Source: Planctomycetota bacterium (GTDB lineage Bacteria; Planctomycetota; UBA1135; UBA2386). Taken from it: a stretch of DNA of 64,000 nucleotides. Of the stretch, positions 45,642-57,072 are shown one piece after another (positions within the stretch are counted from its first letter, which is position 1; each line of letters starts with the position of its first letter). The translations under genes and the position numbers were made by a program. Below the pieces are notes generated by a model. The model was given only the letters and a program-made list of their open reading frames with translations. It was not told the DNA's origin and made no database searches. Location of the stretch: assembly GCA_947501605.1 (NCBI GenBank), contig CANMWZ010000010.1, positions 46,688-110,687 on the forward strand. The letters are read 5' to 3'.

Positions 45642-45775
45642 GCTGAGGCCCTCGCGACGGAGCCCAGGAGTCCTCGCCCGTGGCCCATCCGAATCCTCCT
45701 GCAGCGCTCGTAGGTCCCTGCTGCGTGCGTTTGCTGGCGTGGCCTGCACGGGCGCGCCGCGAGGACTGAATCATC

Positions 45776-46897
45776 ATGCTTGCTGAGCGCATGGGTCGCA
45801 TTGAGCCGAGCGGCATCCGCCGCATCTTCGAGCTCATGACGACCATGGACGATCCGATCAACCTGTCGATCGGACAAGCCCATTACGACACGCCGCCGGA
45901 GCTGGTCGAAGCCGCATGTCGCGCGCTGCGCGCTGGCTTCAACCGCTACACGGTGACGCAGGGGTTGCCGCGGCTGAACGCCCGCATCCTTGACGACGTC
46001 AAGCTGCGCTACGGCCGACGGCCGGAGGCGAGCCTAGTCACGGCTGGTGTTTCAGGCGGCATCGTGCTGGCGTTCCTCGCCCTGCTCGATCCGGGCGACG
46101 AGATCCTGCTGCCCGATCCGGGCTTCATGATGTACCGCAATCTCGCCACGGTGATCGGGGCCGTGCCGCGGTTTTACTCGGCATATCCCAGACAAGTCGG
46201 CGGTCGCTTTGCCACCGACGCAGACGAGATCGAGTCGCTCATCACGGACCGCACCCGCGTGCTGTTCTTGAACTCCCCATCGAACCCGACGGGTGCGGTG
46301 ATGACCAAAGCCGAGATCGAGGCCGCGTGCGCGGTGGCGGATCGTCATGGGCTCGTGGTCATCAGCGACGAGATCTACGATTTCTTCACGTACGATAGCG
46401 ACTACGCATCGCCCGTTGCGTGTGCGGCTCAGTGCGTGCAACTCGGCGGCTTCAGCAAGACCTATGGCATCCCTGGATGGCGCATGGGCTATGCGACCGG
46501 ACCGACCAAGGTGCTCGAGGCGATGAAGACGTTGCAGCAGTTCAGCTTCGTCTGTGCACCGGCACCGTTCCAGCACGCGCTGCTCGACGTCGCATTCGAA
46601 CTCGACATGAAGCCGTACTTCGATGACTACCGCAGGAAGCGCGACTTCGTCGCACGCTCGCTGCACCCGTCGTACGCGCTGTTGCCCCCCGAAGGGTCCT
46701 TCTACGCATTCCCGCAGCTACCACGCGGCATGAATGGCGACGCGTTCCTCCAGGCTGCGATCGAACACAAGCTGCTCATCGTTCCCGGCAAGTCGTTTTC
46801 ATCGCGCGACACGCACTTCCGCCTCGCCTTTGCTGCGGACGACGCCACGTTGCGACGCGGCGTCGACGTGCTGAATCAGCTCGTCGTCCACGACTGA
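45776..46897 (+). CDS. Class I/II PLP aminotransferase (aspartate aminotransferase-like)
   Basis: NSPSNPTG, SDEIY, GFSKTYGIPGWRMG. Confidence 0.93.
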   Translation: MLAERMGRIEPSGIRRIFELMTTMDDPINLSIGQAHYDTPPELVEAACRALRAGFNRYTVTQGLPRLNARILDDVKLRYGRRPEASLVTAGVSGGIVLAFLALLDPGDEILLPDPGFMMYRNLATVIGAVPRFYSAYPRQVGGRFATDADEIESLITDRTRVLFLNSPSNPTGAVMTKAEIEAACAVADRHGLVVISDEIYDFFTYDSDYASPVACAAQCVQLGGFSKTYGIPGWRMGYATGPTKVLEAMKTLQQFSFVCAPAPFQHALLDVAFELDMKPYFDDYRRKRDFVARSLHPSYALLPPEGSFYAFPQLPRGMNGDAFLQAAIEHKLLIVPGKSFSSRDTHFRLAFAADDATLRRGVDVLNQLVVHD

Positions 46898-46914
46898 GCC
46901 GCGGCGGCCTCGAT

Positions 46915-47673
46915 ATGCAGGAACCTCGCGCGCCCCTGATCGAGATGTTCTGGTCGGTACAGGGCGAGGGGCGATTCGTCGGCGAGTCGATGGCGTTTCT
47001 GCGCGTGGCAACGTGTCCCTTGCGCTGCAGCTACTGTGACACGCCGCACAGCTACACCGCAGCAGCGGCCTACCCTGTTCACGGTGCGCGCGGCGAATCG
47101 CAGGAGCCCAACCCAGCGCCGGCGTCGCGGGCCGCCGAGCTCGTGACCTCGTTGCGGCCGCTGCAGCATCGCCCGACGCCGCGAGTGTCGATCACCGGCG
47201 GCGAGCCTCTGGTGTTTCCAGCGTTCATTCGGGCTGTTGGTGAGCGGCTGCGTCCGAGCGGGTGGAAGGTCCACCTCGAGACTGCTGCTATCGATGCCGC
47301 GGCGCTGCAGCTTTGCGCCGCCCAGGTCGACCACTTGTCGGCGGACTACAAGCTACCGGAGACGATCGGAGGCCATGACTACGGTGGGGCCCACGTCGAT
47401 TGTTGCGATGTCGCACTACGGAACGGCGCCTCCGTCGACGTCAAGATCGTGCTCACGGCAGGTGCCACCGAGGCCTCCTTGAACCGTGCCCTCACGCGCT
47501 TGCAGCCCCTCCGCGCTCGGATTCTGCTCGTACTGCAGCCAGTGACGCCGTGCCTGCGTGAGACCGAGCCGCTGCCGGCAGCGGCGCTCGAACGCGCAAT
47601 CGACCTCGCTGTCACAGCGGGCTTCGACCTGCGTGTGCTGCCGCAGGTTCACAAGCTGCTCCAAGTGCCCTGA
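46915..47673 (+). CDS. queE: 7-carboxy-7-deazaguanine synthase (radical SAM)
   Basis: EMFWSVQGEG, CPLRCSYCDT, TGGEP, LET, RVLPQVHKLL. Confidence 0.88.
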   Translation: MQEPRAPLIEMFWSVQGEGRFVGESMAFLRVATCPLRCSYCDTPHSYTAAAAYPVHGARGESQEPNPAPASRAAELVTSLRPLQHRPTPRVSITGGEPLVFPAFIRAVGERLRPSGWKVHLETAAIDAAALQLCAAQVDHLSADYKLPETIGGHDYGGAHVDCCDVALRNGASVDVKIVLTAGATEASLNRALTRLQPLRARILLVLQPVTPCLRETEPLPAAALERAIDLAVTAGFDLRVLPQVHKLLQVP

Positions 47674-47743
47674 TCGCCAGGGCGCTCGCCGCCAGCGATC
47701 GTGCTCGTTACGCGCTGCGCGTTGTCCGCTATGGTGAGGCTCC

Positions 47744-48949
47744 ATGGCCGATCGAATCGGACGCAGCAGTTCCCAGCGCTGGGCTGGCGCCCTCGCAGCA
47801 ATCTTCGCGCTGGTCGGACTCGCAGTCGCTGGTCCTGCACAGTCGGTTCCCGCGACGACGTGTCGCACATGCGGCAACCACGGCGTTCTCGACTGCAGCA
47901 AGCACAAGAAGGGCTGGCTCGAGATCGAGCGTGCGGTTGCTTTTTGCAGCGTCGCCGAGTCGTGCAAGAGCTGTCTTGGTGCGCTCTGCTTGGACTGCAA
48001 GCAGTGCACGAACGAGAGCGCCGAGGGCGAGATGCAGAAGCGAGTTCAGTTGGTCAAGTCATGGCGCGAGTCGCTGCGCACGACGATCGACGCGCACAGC
48101 AGGGGCGAGCCGCTGCTGCACGTGCAAACAGCGCACATCGATCTCGGCTTCGCCATTCCGAAGATTGCCGTCGACAAGGACAAGCTCGACTCGCACGAGG
48201 GCATGCATCTCTACGGCGACCGCATCGAGGCGCTTCGCGCGCTCTACCTGCAGACTCTGGAACTCGACGAGAAGGACTTCTCGACGCGCTTGCGCATCTA
48301 CATGTGCCGGGACTCCAAGCAGGCCAACGAACTCGGCCCACGCGTAACGGGGCTTGGTGGCAACTTCGCCGTCGGCACCAAGTTGATGGGCATCGACGCC
48401 GTGTACTGCATGTGGCAAGAGCCGCGCGGCCTGCCCGACGACGAAGCCCTGCATCGCAACATCGTCCACAACGTCGTGCACCTGCTGACTTCGAACATGG
48501 ATCCTGCTGGTTACTTCGGCAACCCTGCCAACGGCTGGGTCGACGAGGGCCTTGCCCACTGGTTTGAGGACAAGATTGGCGGCAAGTGCACCAACTACTG
48601 CTTCGAGGAGGTCCTCACCCAGCAAGGACAGACGTTCAAGGGCGGGCGTTGGCGACCGGCCGTTCGACAGATGCTCGACACCGGCGCGGTGCAGAGCCTC
48701 GCGGCGTTGGCGCAGAAGAACACGGATCAGCTGACCTATCCGGAGCACGCCCAGTCGTTCGCGATGGTCGACTACCTGATGGTCGTCTACGGCGGCAGGC
48801 AACTGCGCGATTTCGTGCGGGAGCTGAAGAGGAAGACGCCGATGCGCGATGCGATGCAAGCCGTCTACGGCACGACGCCACTGTCGTTCGATACGGAGTT
48901 TCAAGCATGGGTCAAAGCCAACTACTCGCCGCTCGACTCGCAGCGCTGA
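47744..48949 (+). CDS. Exported protein: Cys-rich N-terminus plus a gluzincin/peptidase-MA-like domain with HNxxH
   Basis: Signal peptide; repeated CxxC; HNVVH followed by WVDEGLAHW. Confidence 0.65.
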   Translation: MADRIGRSSSQRWAGALAAIFALVGLAVAGPAQSVPATTCRTCGNHGVLDCSKHKKGWLEIERAVAFCSVAESCKSCLGALCLDCKQCTNESAEGEMQKRVQLVKSWRESLRTTIDAHSRGEPLLHVQTAHIDLGFAIPKIAVDKDKLDSHEGMHLYGDRIEALRALYLQTLELDEKDFSTRLRIYMCRDSKQANELGPRVTGLGGNFAVGTKLMGIDAVYCMWQEPRGLPDDEALHRNIVHNVVHLLTSNMDPAGYFGNPANGWVDEGLAHWFEDKIGGKCTNYCFEEVLTQQGQTFKGGRWRPAVRQMLDTGAVQSLAALAQKNTDQLTYPEHAQSFAMVDYLMVVYGGRQLRDFVRELKRKTPMRDAMQAVYGTTPLSFDTEFQAWVKANYSPLDSQR

Positions 48950-50424
48950 CTGTCGTTGCGGTCCAGCTTCTGGCCCAGGGTCCGCTCTATCGCGAGCGCT
49001 GGGCTGACCTGCACCTTCTGCTGCTGCGCGAACGTGTGCTGGTCGAGTGCGGCGGTCGCGATGACGAGACCGTGAAGAAGGTCGCGTCGTTGCTCGTGGA
49101 GGGGAACGACTCGATCCCGTTCCGGCCGGCCAGCAAGGCTCTGGCGCACTTGCGCGGCGTTGCCTGTGACGAGGCGTTCCTCGTGCGCTCGACGATTGGT
49201 GCATTCGTGCTGCCCGAGGTGGTGGACCCCGAGGGCCAGCAGCCGGCGTGTCACTCGCTCAACGTGACGGTCTTGCTGCCCTACTTGCTGCCGATGCCGG
49301 GGGGCGCGCGGTTCAACGTGCAGGTCTTTGATGGCGCCGGCGAACGCTGCTTCGACGAGGACTTCGGCGCCGGTGCGTCGATCGAGGACCTGTGCCTAGG
49401 GCAGGTACGTGCGACGGTACCGTGCGGGGAGTTCGCCGATGGGACCTATCGCGTCCGGCTGACGACGATCTTCGATGGCAAGGGTCCGCGCGAACACGAC
49501 TTCGTGGTCGAGCACAGGTTCTTCGTACAGCGCGGCTACCAACGGCGGGCGGAGAGTGTGCAGCAGCGCTTCCCAGCGGTTGCCGCCGCGCTGGCACCGC
49601 TGCCGTATGCGCTGCTGCGCGGCTTGGTCCAGGAGATGAATCGTGCCTACGCCGGCGAGGCCTTCGATGGCAGCAGCGACGCAGTTGCGGACCTGCAACG
49701 CGCCGAGGCCGCAGTCAGTAACGTGGCGGCGGACAAGTTCGTGATTGCCGGTTTCACGGATCTGCTGCCGGCGGCGTTGCCCGCTGGGCGCGGCGAAGTG
49801 CTCCCCGCGGTGCTGCGTTGGCCTGATGGGGATCAGCAGCCGAAGGACCGCCGCCCGCTGGTTGTCGTGCTCTCGGCGATGCCGGCTTTTGATCCGGATG
49901 GCCGCCGCCCAAGTTGGCCCGAAGTGCGTTCTGGGCGGTGGGCCCATCGTCGCGTCGGCGACTTCGGTCTCGGCACGCAGTTCCCCTTCGCGTGGCTGCA
50001 GTCGCCGGGCGGGACCGTGGAGTATTCGAAGTCGCTGCCGATCGCGATTGCCGCGTTGCATGAACTTCTGCCCACGGACGGCACCACGATTCTCGTGGCC
50101 GAACTCGAGGCTGCCGTGGCGATCTGCTACGCGCCCGATGTCCTGAAGCTCGCCCGGGGTCTGGTGCTGGTTGGCGCCGGAGCAATGACGCAGAAGCAGC
50201 TGGAAGCGATGGCCGACGTGCCGATGCTCGGCATTCCGCTGACCGGCCACGCGAGTGCCGGTGGACTCGCGTTCACGGCAGAAGTCGCGGAGCAGATTCG
50301 CCGGGCTGGGGGCAAGAGCGGCTATCAGCTGGCGACGCCGCGACCGCGGCCGTGGATCGGCGGTGCGCAGTGTGCGCGCGGCGAGATCGCGCAGTTCGTT
50401 CGTGCTGTCACGGCGGCGAAGTGA
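48907..50424 (+). CDS. Exported hypothetical protein, possible degenerate alpha/beta-hydrolase C-terminus
   Basis: Signal-like N-terminus (MGQSQLLAARLAALTVVAVQLLAQ); RPLVVVL, GLVLVGAG; overlaps the upstream gene by 43 nt. Confidence 0.55.
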   Translation: MGQSQLLAARLAALTVVAVQLLAQGPLYRERWADLHLLLLRERVLVECGGRDDETVKKVASLLVEGNDSIPFRPASKALAHLRGVACDEAFLVRSTIGAFVLPEVVDPEGQQPACHSLNVTVLLPYLLPMPGGARFNVQVFDGAGERCFDEDFGAGASIEDLCLGQVRATVPCGEFADGTYRVRLTTIFDGKGPREHDFVVEHRFFVQRGYQRRAESVQQRFPAVAAALAPLPYALLRGLVQEMNRAYAGEAFDGSSDAVADLQRAEAAVSNVAADKFVIAGFTDLLPAALPAGRGEVLPAVLRWPDGDQQPKDRRPLVVVLSAMPAFDPDGRRPSWPEVRSGRWAHRRVGDFGLGTQFPFAWLQSPGGTVEYSKSLPIAIAALHELLPTDGTTILVAELEAAVAICYAPDVLKLARGLVLVGAGAMTQKQLEAMADVPMLGIPLTGHASAGGLAFTAEVAEQIRRAGGKSGYQLATPRPRPWIGGAQCARGEIAQFVRAVTAAK

Positions 50425-50445
50425 GGTTCGCCATCCCGAGCTACT

Positions 50446-50883
50446 TCAGAGGCCGATCTGTGCTTCCACGGCGCGAACTAGCTCGGCTGGGCGCAGGGGC
50501 TTCTCGAGCCAGCACCCCGGTTCGAGCAGTTCATGGCCTGACTTGAGCATGCGCACGGAGGCTCCGCTAACGACGATGACGGGGATCGAGCGGTGCTCAC
50601 TCTCGCGCAGGCGTCGCAGCACTTCGATACCAGGGACGGTCGGTAGACCCAGGTCGAGAACGACGATGTCGGGGGCGTGATCGCGCAAGGCGTGCAATGC
50701 CCGGATCCCGTCGCTGGTGACGCGTACCTCGTGCCCGGCGCGCTGCAGTGCGCGAGCGAAGACCTCGGCGGTGACCGGTTCGTCTTCGACCAAGAGGATG
50801 CGCGCGGTCGCTGCGAGTCGCGACGGGATTACCTGGGTCTGCGACTTCGGACGGACGGCAGTTTGGAGTGGCGAATGGGGCAT
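50446..50883 (-). CDS. Single-domain response regulator (receiver)
   Basis: ILLVEDE, VLDLGLP (phospho-Asp), VSG, EKP; RBS GGAGG. Confidence 0.9.
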   Translation of the reverse strand: MPHSPLQTAVRPKSQTQVIPSRLAATARILLVEDEPVTAEVFARALQRAGHEVRVTSDGIRALHALRDHAPDIVVLDLGLPTVPGIEVLRRLRESEHRSIPVIVVSGASVRMLKSGHELLEPGCWLEKPLRPAELVRAVEAQIGL

Positions 50884-50941
50884 GGAATCCTCCTGCGGAT
50901 CTACTCATGGTGTCGGCGAATCCACCACCGCACCTGAATGA

Positions 50942-50957
50942 GACTCCCGCGGGAGTC
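50942..50957. promoter_or_regulatory. Perfect 16-bp palindrome upstream of the receiver gene
   Basis: GACTCCCGCGGGAGTC. Confidence 0.4.
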
Positions 50958-51136
50958 CGCTCTGAGGCTGGCCTGTTCCGCACGGCATTAACCGAGGAAC
51001 CGTGGACTGTGCTTGGAAAGTGATCGAAACGGCGGTTGCGGACCGAGAGCGACCGAGAGCCTCGAATCCGTGTGGTTGAGCCCCACATCGAATCGCCAAG
51101 CGCTTTCGTGGGTCAGAGAGCGGCCGCTTCGCCTCG

Positions 51137-51760
51137 TCAGGTTGCGGCGTCAGGCAGGCACAACGCAAACGTCTGTTCGGCGAGGAACCGCCGGAGTGCC
51201 ACGAACCTCACGACCCGCAGGCCGGCGGCGCGCGCCTCGCGTTGAAACTCCGCTCGCGTGATCGAGCTGCGACCGCTTCGTGCCTTGCCCAAGGCACGGC
51301 GCACGGCGCGACGGAGACTCTGCAGGCTGCGGCGGTCGAAAAATGTGACGAGCACAGGCCCGCGACTTACCCGGCACAGTTCGCGCAGTACCGCCACGCG
51401 CTCGGCTGCGGCGGGCAAGTGTTGCAAGAGTCGACAGCAGAGTGTTCCAGCGAAGGTGTCGTCTCGAAACGGCAGGGCCGTGGCGCACGCGCACGCACGC
51501 TGCTCGCGGCCGTCGATGGCGCGCAGCATCTCTGGGTTGCGATCGGCCTGGATGACCGGGGATGGCAGCTCCTGGCTCATTCGCCCGGCGCCGGAAGGGA
51601 CGTCGAGCCACGGCCCGGGGGGCGGCACGACGTCGGCGAGCAACCGCCGCAACGCGCGGCGCTCGCGATCGTCGGTGCGCGGGCCGGAGCCGCTCTGAAA
51701 CCGCTGATCGCGGTAGCGCAGGGCATATCCAGGCTCGCGCACGTACGGGGTCGGTTTCAC
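51137..51760 (-). CDS. Class I SAM-dependent methyltransferase (Methyltransf_11-like)
   Basis: WLDVPSGAGR, LPFRDDTF, RLLQHL, LRELCRVS. Confidence 0.8.
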   Translation of the reverse strand: MKPTPYVREPGYALRYRDQRFQSGSGPRTDDRERRALRRLLADVVPPPGPWLDVPSGAGRMSQELPSPVIQADRNPEMLRAIDGREQRACACATALPFRDDTFAGTLCCRLLQHLPAAAERVAVLRELCRVSRGPVLVTFFDRRSLQSLRRAVRRALGKARSGRSSITRAEFQREARAAGLRVVRFVALRRFLAEQTFALCLPDAAT

Positions 51761-51824
51761 GGCGCGGAGGATACCGCTTCAGCAGAGAGCCCGATGCTGC
51801 CGATCGTTGGCGAGGAGGCACCCA

Positions 51825-52112
51825 GTGCAGGAACCAAAGGACACGCTCGCGCAGAATCTTCGCCGCGAAGAGCGCCTTCCGCTCGATGGCGACGTGACCA
51901 TCACGATCTCCGCGCAGGATATCGTCGGGCCGGGGCGCAACGTGTCGGCGCAGGGGGTGTACTTCACGACGGCTGGCGCAGTGCGAGTAAACGTCCAGGT
52001 GCCGGGCAACCCCGTGGCGATGGCAGGAGAACTGGTCCGCGTCGAGTCCATGGGCGACGGCAGACTGGGCATCGCGGTCCGCTTCGTGGCAGTCGAGCCG
52101 AGCAAGCCCTAA
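51825..52112 (+). CDS. Stand-alone PilZ-domain protein
   Basis: RREER (RxxxR) and NVSAQG (D/NxSxxG), plus GELVRVE..GIAVRF; GGAGG RBS before GTG 51825. Confidence 0.75.
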   Translation: MQEPKDTLAQNLRREERLPLDGDVTITISAQDIVGPGRNVSAQGVYFTTAGAVRVNVQVPGNPVAMAGELVRVESMGDGRLGIAVRFVAVEPSKP

Positions 52113-52340
52113 CCGTTCCGTTGTAGAACGTAGCCCGCTGGCGTTCGTGATCGGGGCCGATCCAGGTGTCGTGCGAACTGGACCGAGTCCCAGGGTTCGA
52201 TGTCGTTGGCAGACGCCGATGTCGCCCCGTCGGCCGGGGGGCGAATACTGCATCGTGCTGCAACCGGCGGCTTACTGCGGTCCGGACGACGTTGCGTCCG
52301 CCCCTTCTGCCGAGTCGCGCAGTCCGCTAGCCTTTCGCTC

Positions 52341-52838
52341 ATGAGCCTGCGCGATCAGTTCAAGAAGGCCAATCTGCTATCGGACAAGGATGCTCGTCGC
52401 CTCGCGCATGAGGCTCGGATCGAGCGCACCGAGAAAGGGAGTGAGCAACTGCAGCGGGAGGAACAGGAGAAGCAGCGGGAGTTGGTACGAATCCAGGCTC
52501 AGGACCGCGCCCGCGTGCAGCAAGAACAGAAGGAGCTCGATCAGGCTCGCGCGCAACGGGAAGAAGAGTCCGCGGTCGACGCCATTCTGAGCCATCAGGC
52601 ATGGAAGCCAGGTCCTGGTGCTCTGCGCTACTACTTCGAAGTCGAGGACGGTTCGCTGCCGTGGCTCGAGGTCTCGCCGCGCGAGGCTCAGGAACTGCGA
52701 GCGGGTCAGTTGTGCGTCGTGACGCCCAGCAGCGTCGCCGCCCACGACTACCGATTGCTTGGGCTCGAACTGGCGCGTCGAGTCGCGCGCGTGCGCCGGA
52801 GCGCGATCGTCCTCGCACCGCGCGGTGTGCTGAACTGA
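52341..52838 (+). CDS. DUF2058-like protein
   Basis: MSLRDQFKKANLL N-terminus, coiled coil, RYYF, LRAGQL. Confidence 0.7.
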   Translation: MSLRDQFKKANLLSDKDARRLAHEARIERTEKGSEQLQREEQEKQRELVRIQAQDRARVQQEQKELDQARAQREEESAVDAILSHQAWKPGPGALRYYFEVEDGSLPWLEVSPREAQELRAGQLCVVTPSSVAAHDYRLLGLELARRVARVRRSAIVLAPRGVLN

Positions 52839-53001
52839 GCGGCCGTCAGCGTCGTGCGTGCGGCAGGAGCTCTCCGTCCCGGCACTCTGCGGGTCGCCAT
52901 CGTGCCGAGCATGCTGCGCGAGTTTCGGACTAGGTCGGGCGCGATCCTCGGCGCAGCGTCCGGTTCGATTCGCTGTGCGCCAGCCCTAAAGCGGGAGGGG
53001 C

Positions 53002-53289
53002 TCAGCTCTTCTTGCCCATCTTGCAGCCGGACGGAGCGTCCGGCGTGCCACACGAAGGGGCGCAACCGCCTCCATCGCCTTTGGTCTCAGTGCTGGTCTG
53101 GCCGCTGTTCTTGTAGTCCGTTTGGTAGAAGCCCGATCCCTTGAAGATCACGCCGGCACCGGCGCCAATAAGACGGTCGAGCTTCATCTTCTTGCATGCG
53201 GGGCACTTCTTGAGCGGCGCTGCAGACATCGCCTGCATCTCCTCGAAACGGTGTCCGCAGGCGGAGCAGAGGAAGTCGTAGGTGGGCAT
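53002..53289 (-). CDS. FmdB-family zinc-ribbon protein
   Basis: MPTYDFLCSACGH..CPAC..FKGSGFYQTDY. Confidence 0.9.
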   Translation of the reverse strand: MPTYDFLCSACGHRFEEMQAMSAAPLKKCPACKKMKLDRLIGAGAGVIFKGSGFYQTDYKNSGQTSTETKGDGGGCAPSCGTPDAPSGCKMGKKS

Positions 53290-53312
53290 GGTGGGTGTAT
53301 CGGGTAGTTCGT

Positions 53313-53897
53313 CTACTGGGCTTCGCTGGGTTTGCCGGAAACGACGACTTTGGCGTGCCGCAGAACGCGATCCGTCAGCAAGTAGCCTGGCATCAAGACC
53401 CGCAACACGCGACCGGGGTCGACGCCGGCCTGGTTCTCCACAATGACGGCTTCGTGGCGCGCCGGATCGAATACCTGGTCCTTGGCGTCAATCTCCTGAA
53501 GGCCGTGCCGTTCTAGCGCGGAACGCAGCAGCACCTGGACCATGCGAACTCCCTGCACGAGGGCTGCGGGGTCCTTCGAGGCCGTTTGTCCATCCCATGC
53601 CTGGAGTGCAAGTTGGAAGTTGTCGAGCACGGGCAGTAGTTCCTGCGTCATGCCCTCGAGGATGCGGCGGCGCATGTCGTCGGCTTCCTTCTGCTGACGT
53701 CGGCGCATGTTCGCTGCGTCGGCCAGGGTGCGGCGCAACTGCTCCTCGAGTTGATCGCGCTCGCCTCGCAGCGTCTGCAGCTCTGCTGCGGAACCCTCGG
53801 TGGCCTCGCCTTTGGGCTCGGTGCCGTTCGGAGTCTGCGAGCCGGTCTTGGGCTCGCTGCGCGAATCATCCGCGTTGTGTCCTGAGTGTTCGTTCAC
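53313..53897 (-). CDS. grpE: Nucleotide exchange factor GrpE
   Basis: [32 protein letters not shown]. Confidence 0.95.
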   Translation of the reverse strand: MNEHSGHNADDSRSEPKTGSQTPNGTEPKGEATEGSAAELQTLRGERDQLEEQLRRTLADAANMRRRQQKEADDMRRRILEGMTQELLPVLDNFQLALQAWDGQTASKDPAALVQGVRMVQVLLRSALERHGLQEIDAKDQVFDPARHEAVIVENQAGVDPGRVLRVLMPGYLLTDRVLRHAKVVVSGKPSEAQ

Positions 53898-55045
53898 GAG
53901 AAGATGTCCTTCACCTTTTCGAAGATCGTCTTCTTGGCGCCCTTCTTGGCCCGCTTGCCGTCCTCGAGTTCATCGAAACGCCGCAGCAGTTCTTCTTGCT
54001 CGACGGAGAGTTGCTTTGGCACGTCGATCTGTACTTGCACGATCAGGTGGCCCTTGCCGTAGCCGTCGGGTCGAGGCAGGCCGTGGTTGCGCACGCGCAA
54101 CTTCTCGCCCGGTTGCGTGCCCGCCGGGATGTCGAGGCGAACGGTGTCGCTGGTAATGGTGGGGATGTCTATGGCTTCGCCTAGGACCGCTTGGCGGAAA
54201 CTGATGCGGGTCTGCATGAGGAGGTCGTCACCGGAACGCAAGAACACCGGGTGCTCCTTCACATGGATGACGACGACCAGATCTCCAGGCGGTCCGCCGC
54301 CGGCGCCTGGTTCGCCTTGGCCTTGGATGCGTTCGGCGTGGCCGTCCTCGATTCCCGGTGGAATCGAGATGGTGATGGGCACCTGCTTTGGCACAAAGCC
54401 GCGACCGCGGCACTTGGTGCAAGGTGTGGTGATCATCTCGCCCTGACCTTGGCAGGTCGGGCAGGTCTGACGGAGCTGGAAAAAGCCCTGATTGCGAAGG
54501 ACTTCACCGCGACCGCCACAGGTTTCGCAGCGCGTGCGACCGGTGCCAGGCTTCTGGCCATTGCCGGTGCAGGTCTCGCAGGTGTCCGGACGCTTGATCT
54601 CGAAGGTCTTCTTGACGCCGGTCGCAACTTCGGCGAGTTCGACTTCGAGGTCGATCTTGAGGCTGCTGCCGCGGCGGCCGCGGCCTCGGGCTCGGCTGCC
54701 AGCGAAGAACTGCTCGAAGAAGCCCGAGCCGGCGCCGCCGCCACCGCCAAACATCTCGCCGAATGCGGCGAAGATGTCCTCAGCTGACGTGGAACCTTGG
54801 CCACCGCCCTGTGGGCCGTCGACACCGGCGTGACCAAACTGATCGTAGCGCGGGCGCTTCTGGGCGTCGGACAGGACGGAGTATGCCTCGGCAGCGTCCT
54901 TGAACCGCTGCTCCGCCTCCGCATTGCCCGGATTGCGGTCCGGGTGGTTGTCGAGCGCGATCTTGCGGTACGCCTTCTTGATCGCGTCTTCGGACGCGTC
55001 GCGAGCGACGCCGAGGATCTCGTAGTAGTCGCGCTTCTGGGCCAT
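53894..55045 (-). CDS. dnaJ: Chaperone DnaJ
   Basis: J-domain HPD, G/F-rich region, four CxxCxGxG motifs. Confidence 0.97.
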   Translation of the reverse strand: MAQKRDYYEILGVARDASEDAIKKAYRKIALDNHPDRNPGNAEAEQRFKDAAEAYSVLSDAQKRPRYDQFGHAGVDGPQGGGQGSTSAEDIFAAFGEMFGGGGGAGSGFFEQFFAGSRARGRGRRGSSLKIDLEVELAEVATGVKKTFEIKRPDTCETCTGNGQKPGTGRTRCETCGGRGEVLRNQGFFQLRQTCPTCQGQGEMITTPCTKCRGRGFVPKQVPITISIPPGIEDGHAERIQGQGEPGAGGGPPGDLVVVIHVKEHPVFLRSGDDLLMQTRISFRQAVLGEAIDIPTITSDTVRLDIPAGTQPGEKLRVRNHGLPRPDGYGKGHLIVQVQIDVPKQLSVEQEELLRRFDELEDGKRAKKGAKKTIFEKVKDIFS

Positions 55046-55127
55046 GGTCTAGCGGTGCCGCATGGGACCGCGCGCCAAGCCTACAGTGGCGCGCAGTCCT
55101 TCGCCGGCGGTGTCGCGGTCGTCGAGG

Positions 55128-56740
<1,613 letters not shown>

Positions 56741-56744
<4 letters not shown>

Positions 56745-57040
56745 TCCTCCCAGCGAGCGAGGATCTCGCTCTCACGCAGGATCTTGTAGTCATCGCCGCC
56801 GACCTTGACGTCGCTGCCGGCGTACTTGCCGAAGAGGACCACGTCGCCCTTCTTGACATCGGGCTTGGCGCGCTTGCCGTCCTTTTGCAGCTTGCCGTCG
56901 CCGACTGCTGTCACCTTGCCGCGCTGGGGCTTTTCCTTCGCCGTGTCGGGCAGCAGGATGCCGCCAGAACTCACTTCTTCGGCGTCGAGTACTTTCAGCA
57001 CGACGCGATCATCCAGGGGTCGCAGGGTTGCCATCGTCAT
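56741..57040 (-). CDS. groS: Co-chaperonin GroES
   Basis: [36 protein letters not shown] before 57040. Confidence 0.97.
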
Positions 57041-57072
57041 GTCTCCTTGTCGTTGATTCGGGGTTGCGGCGC

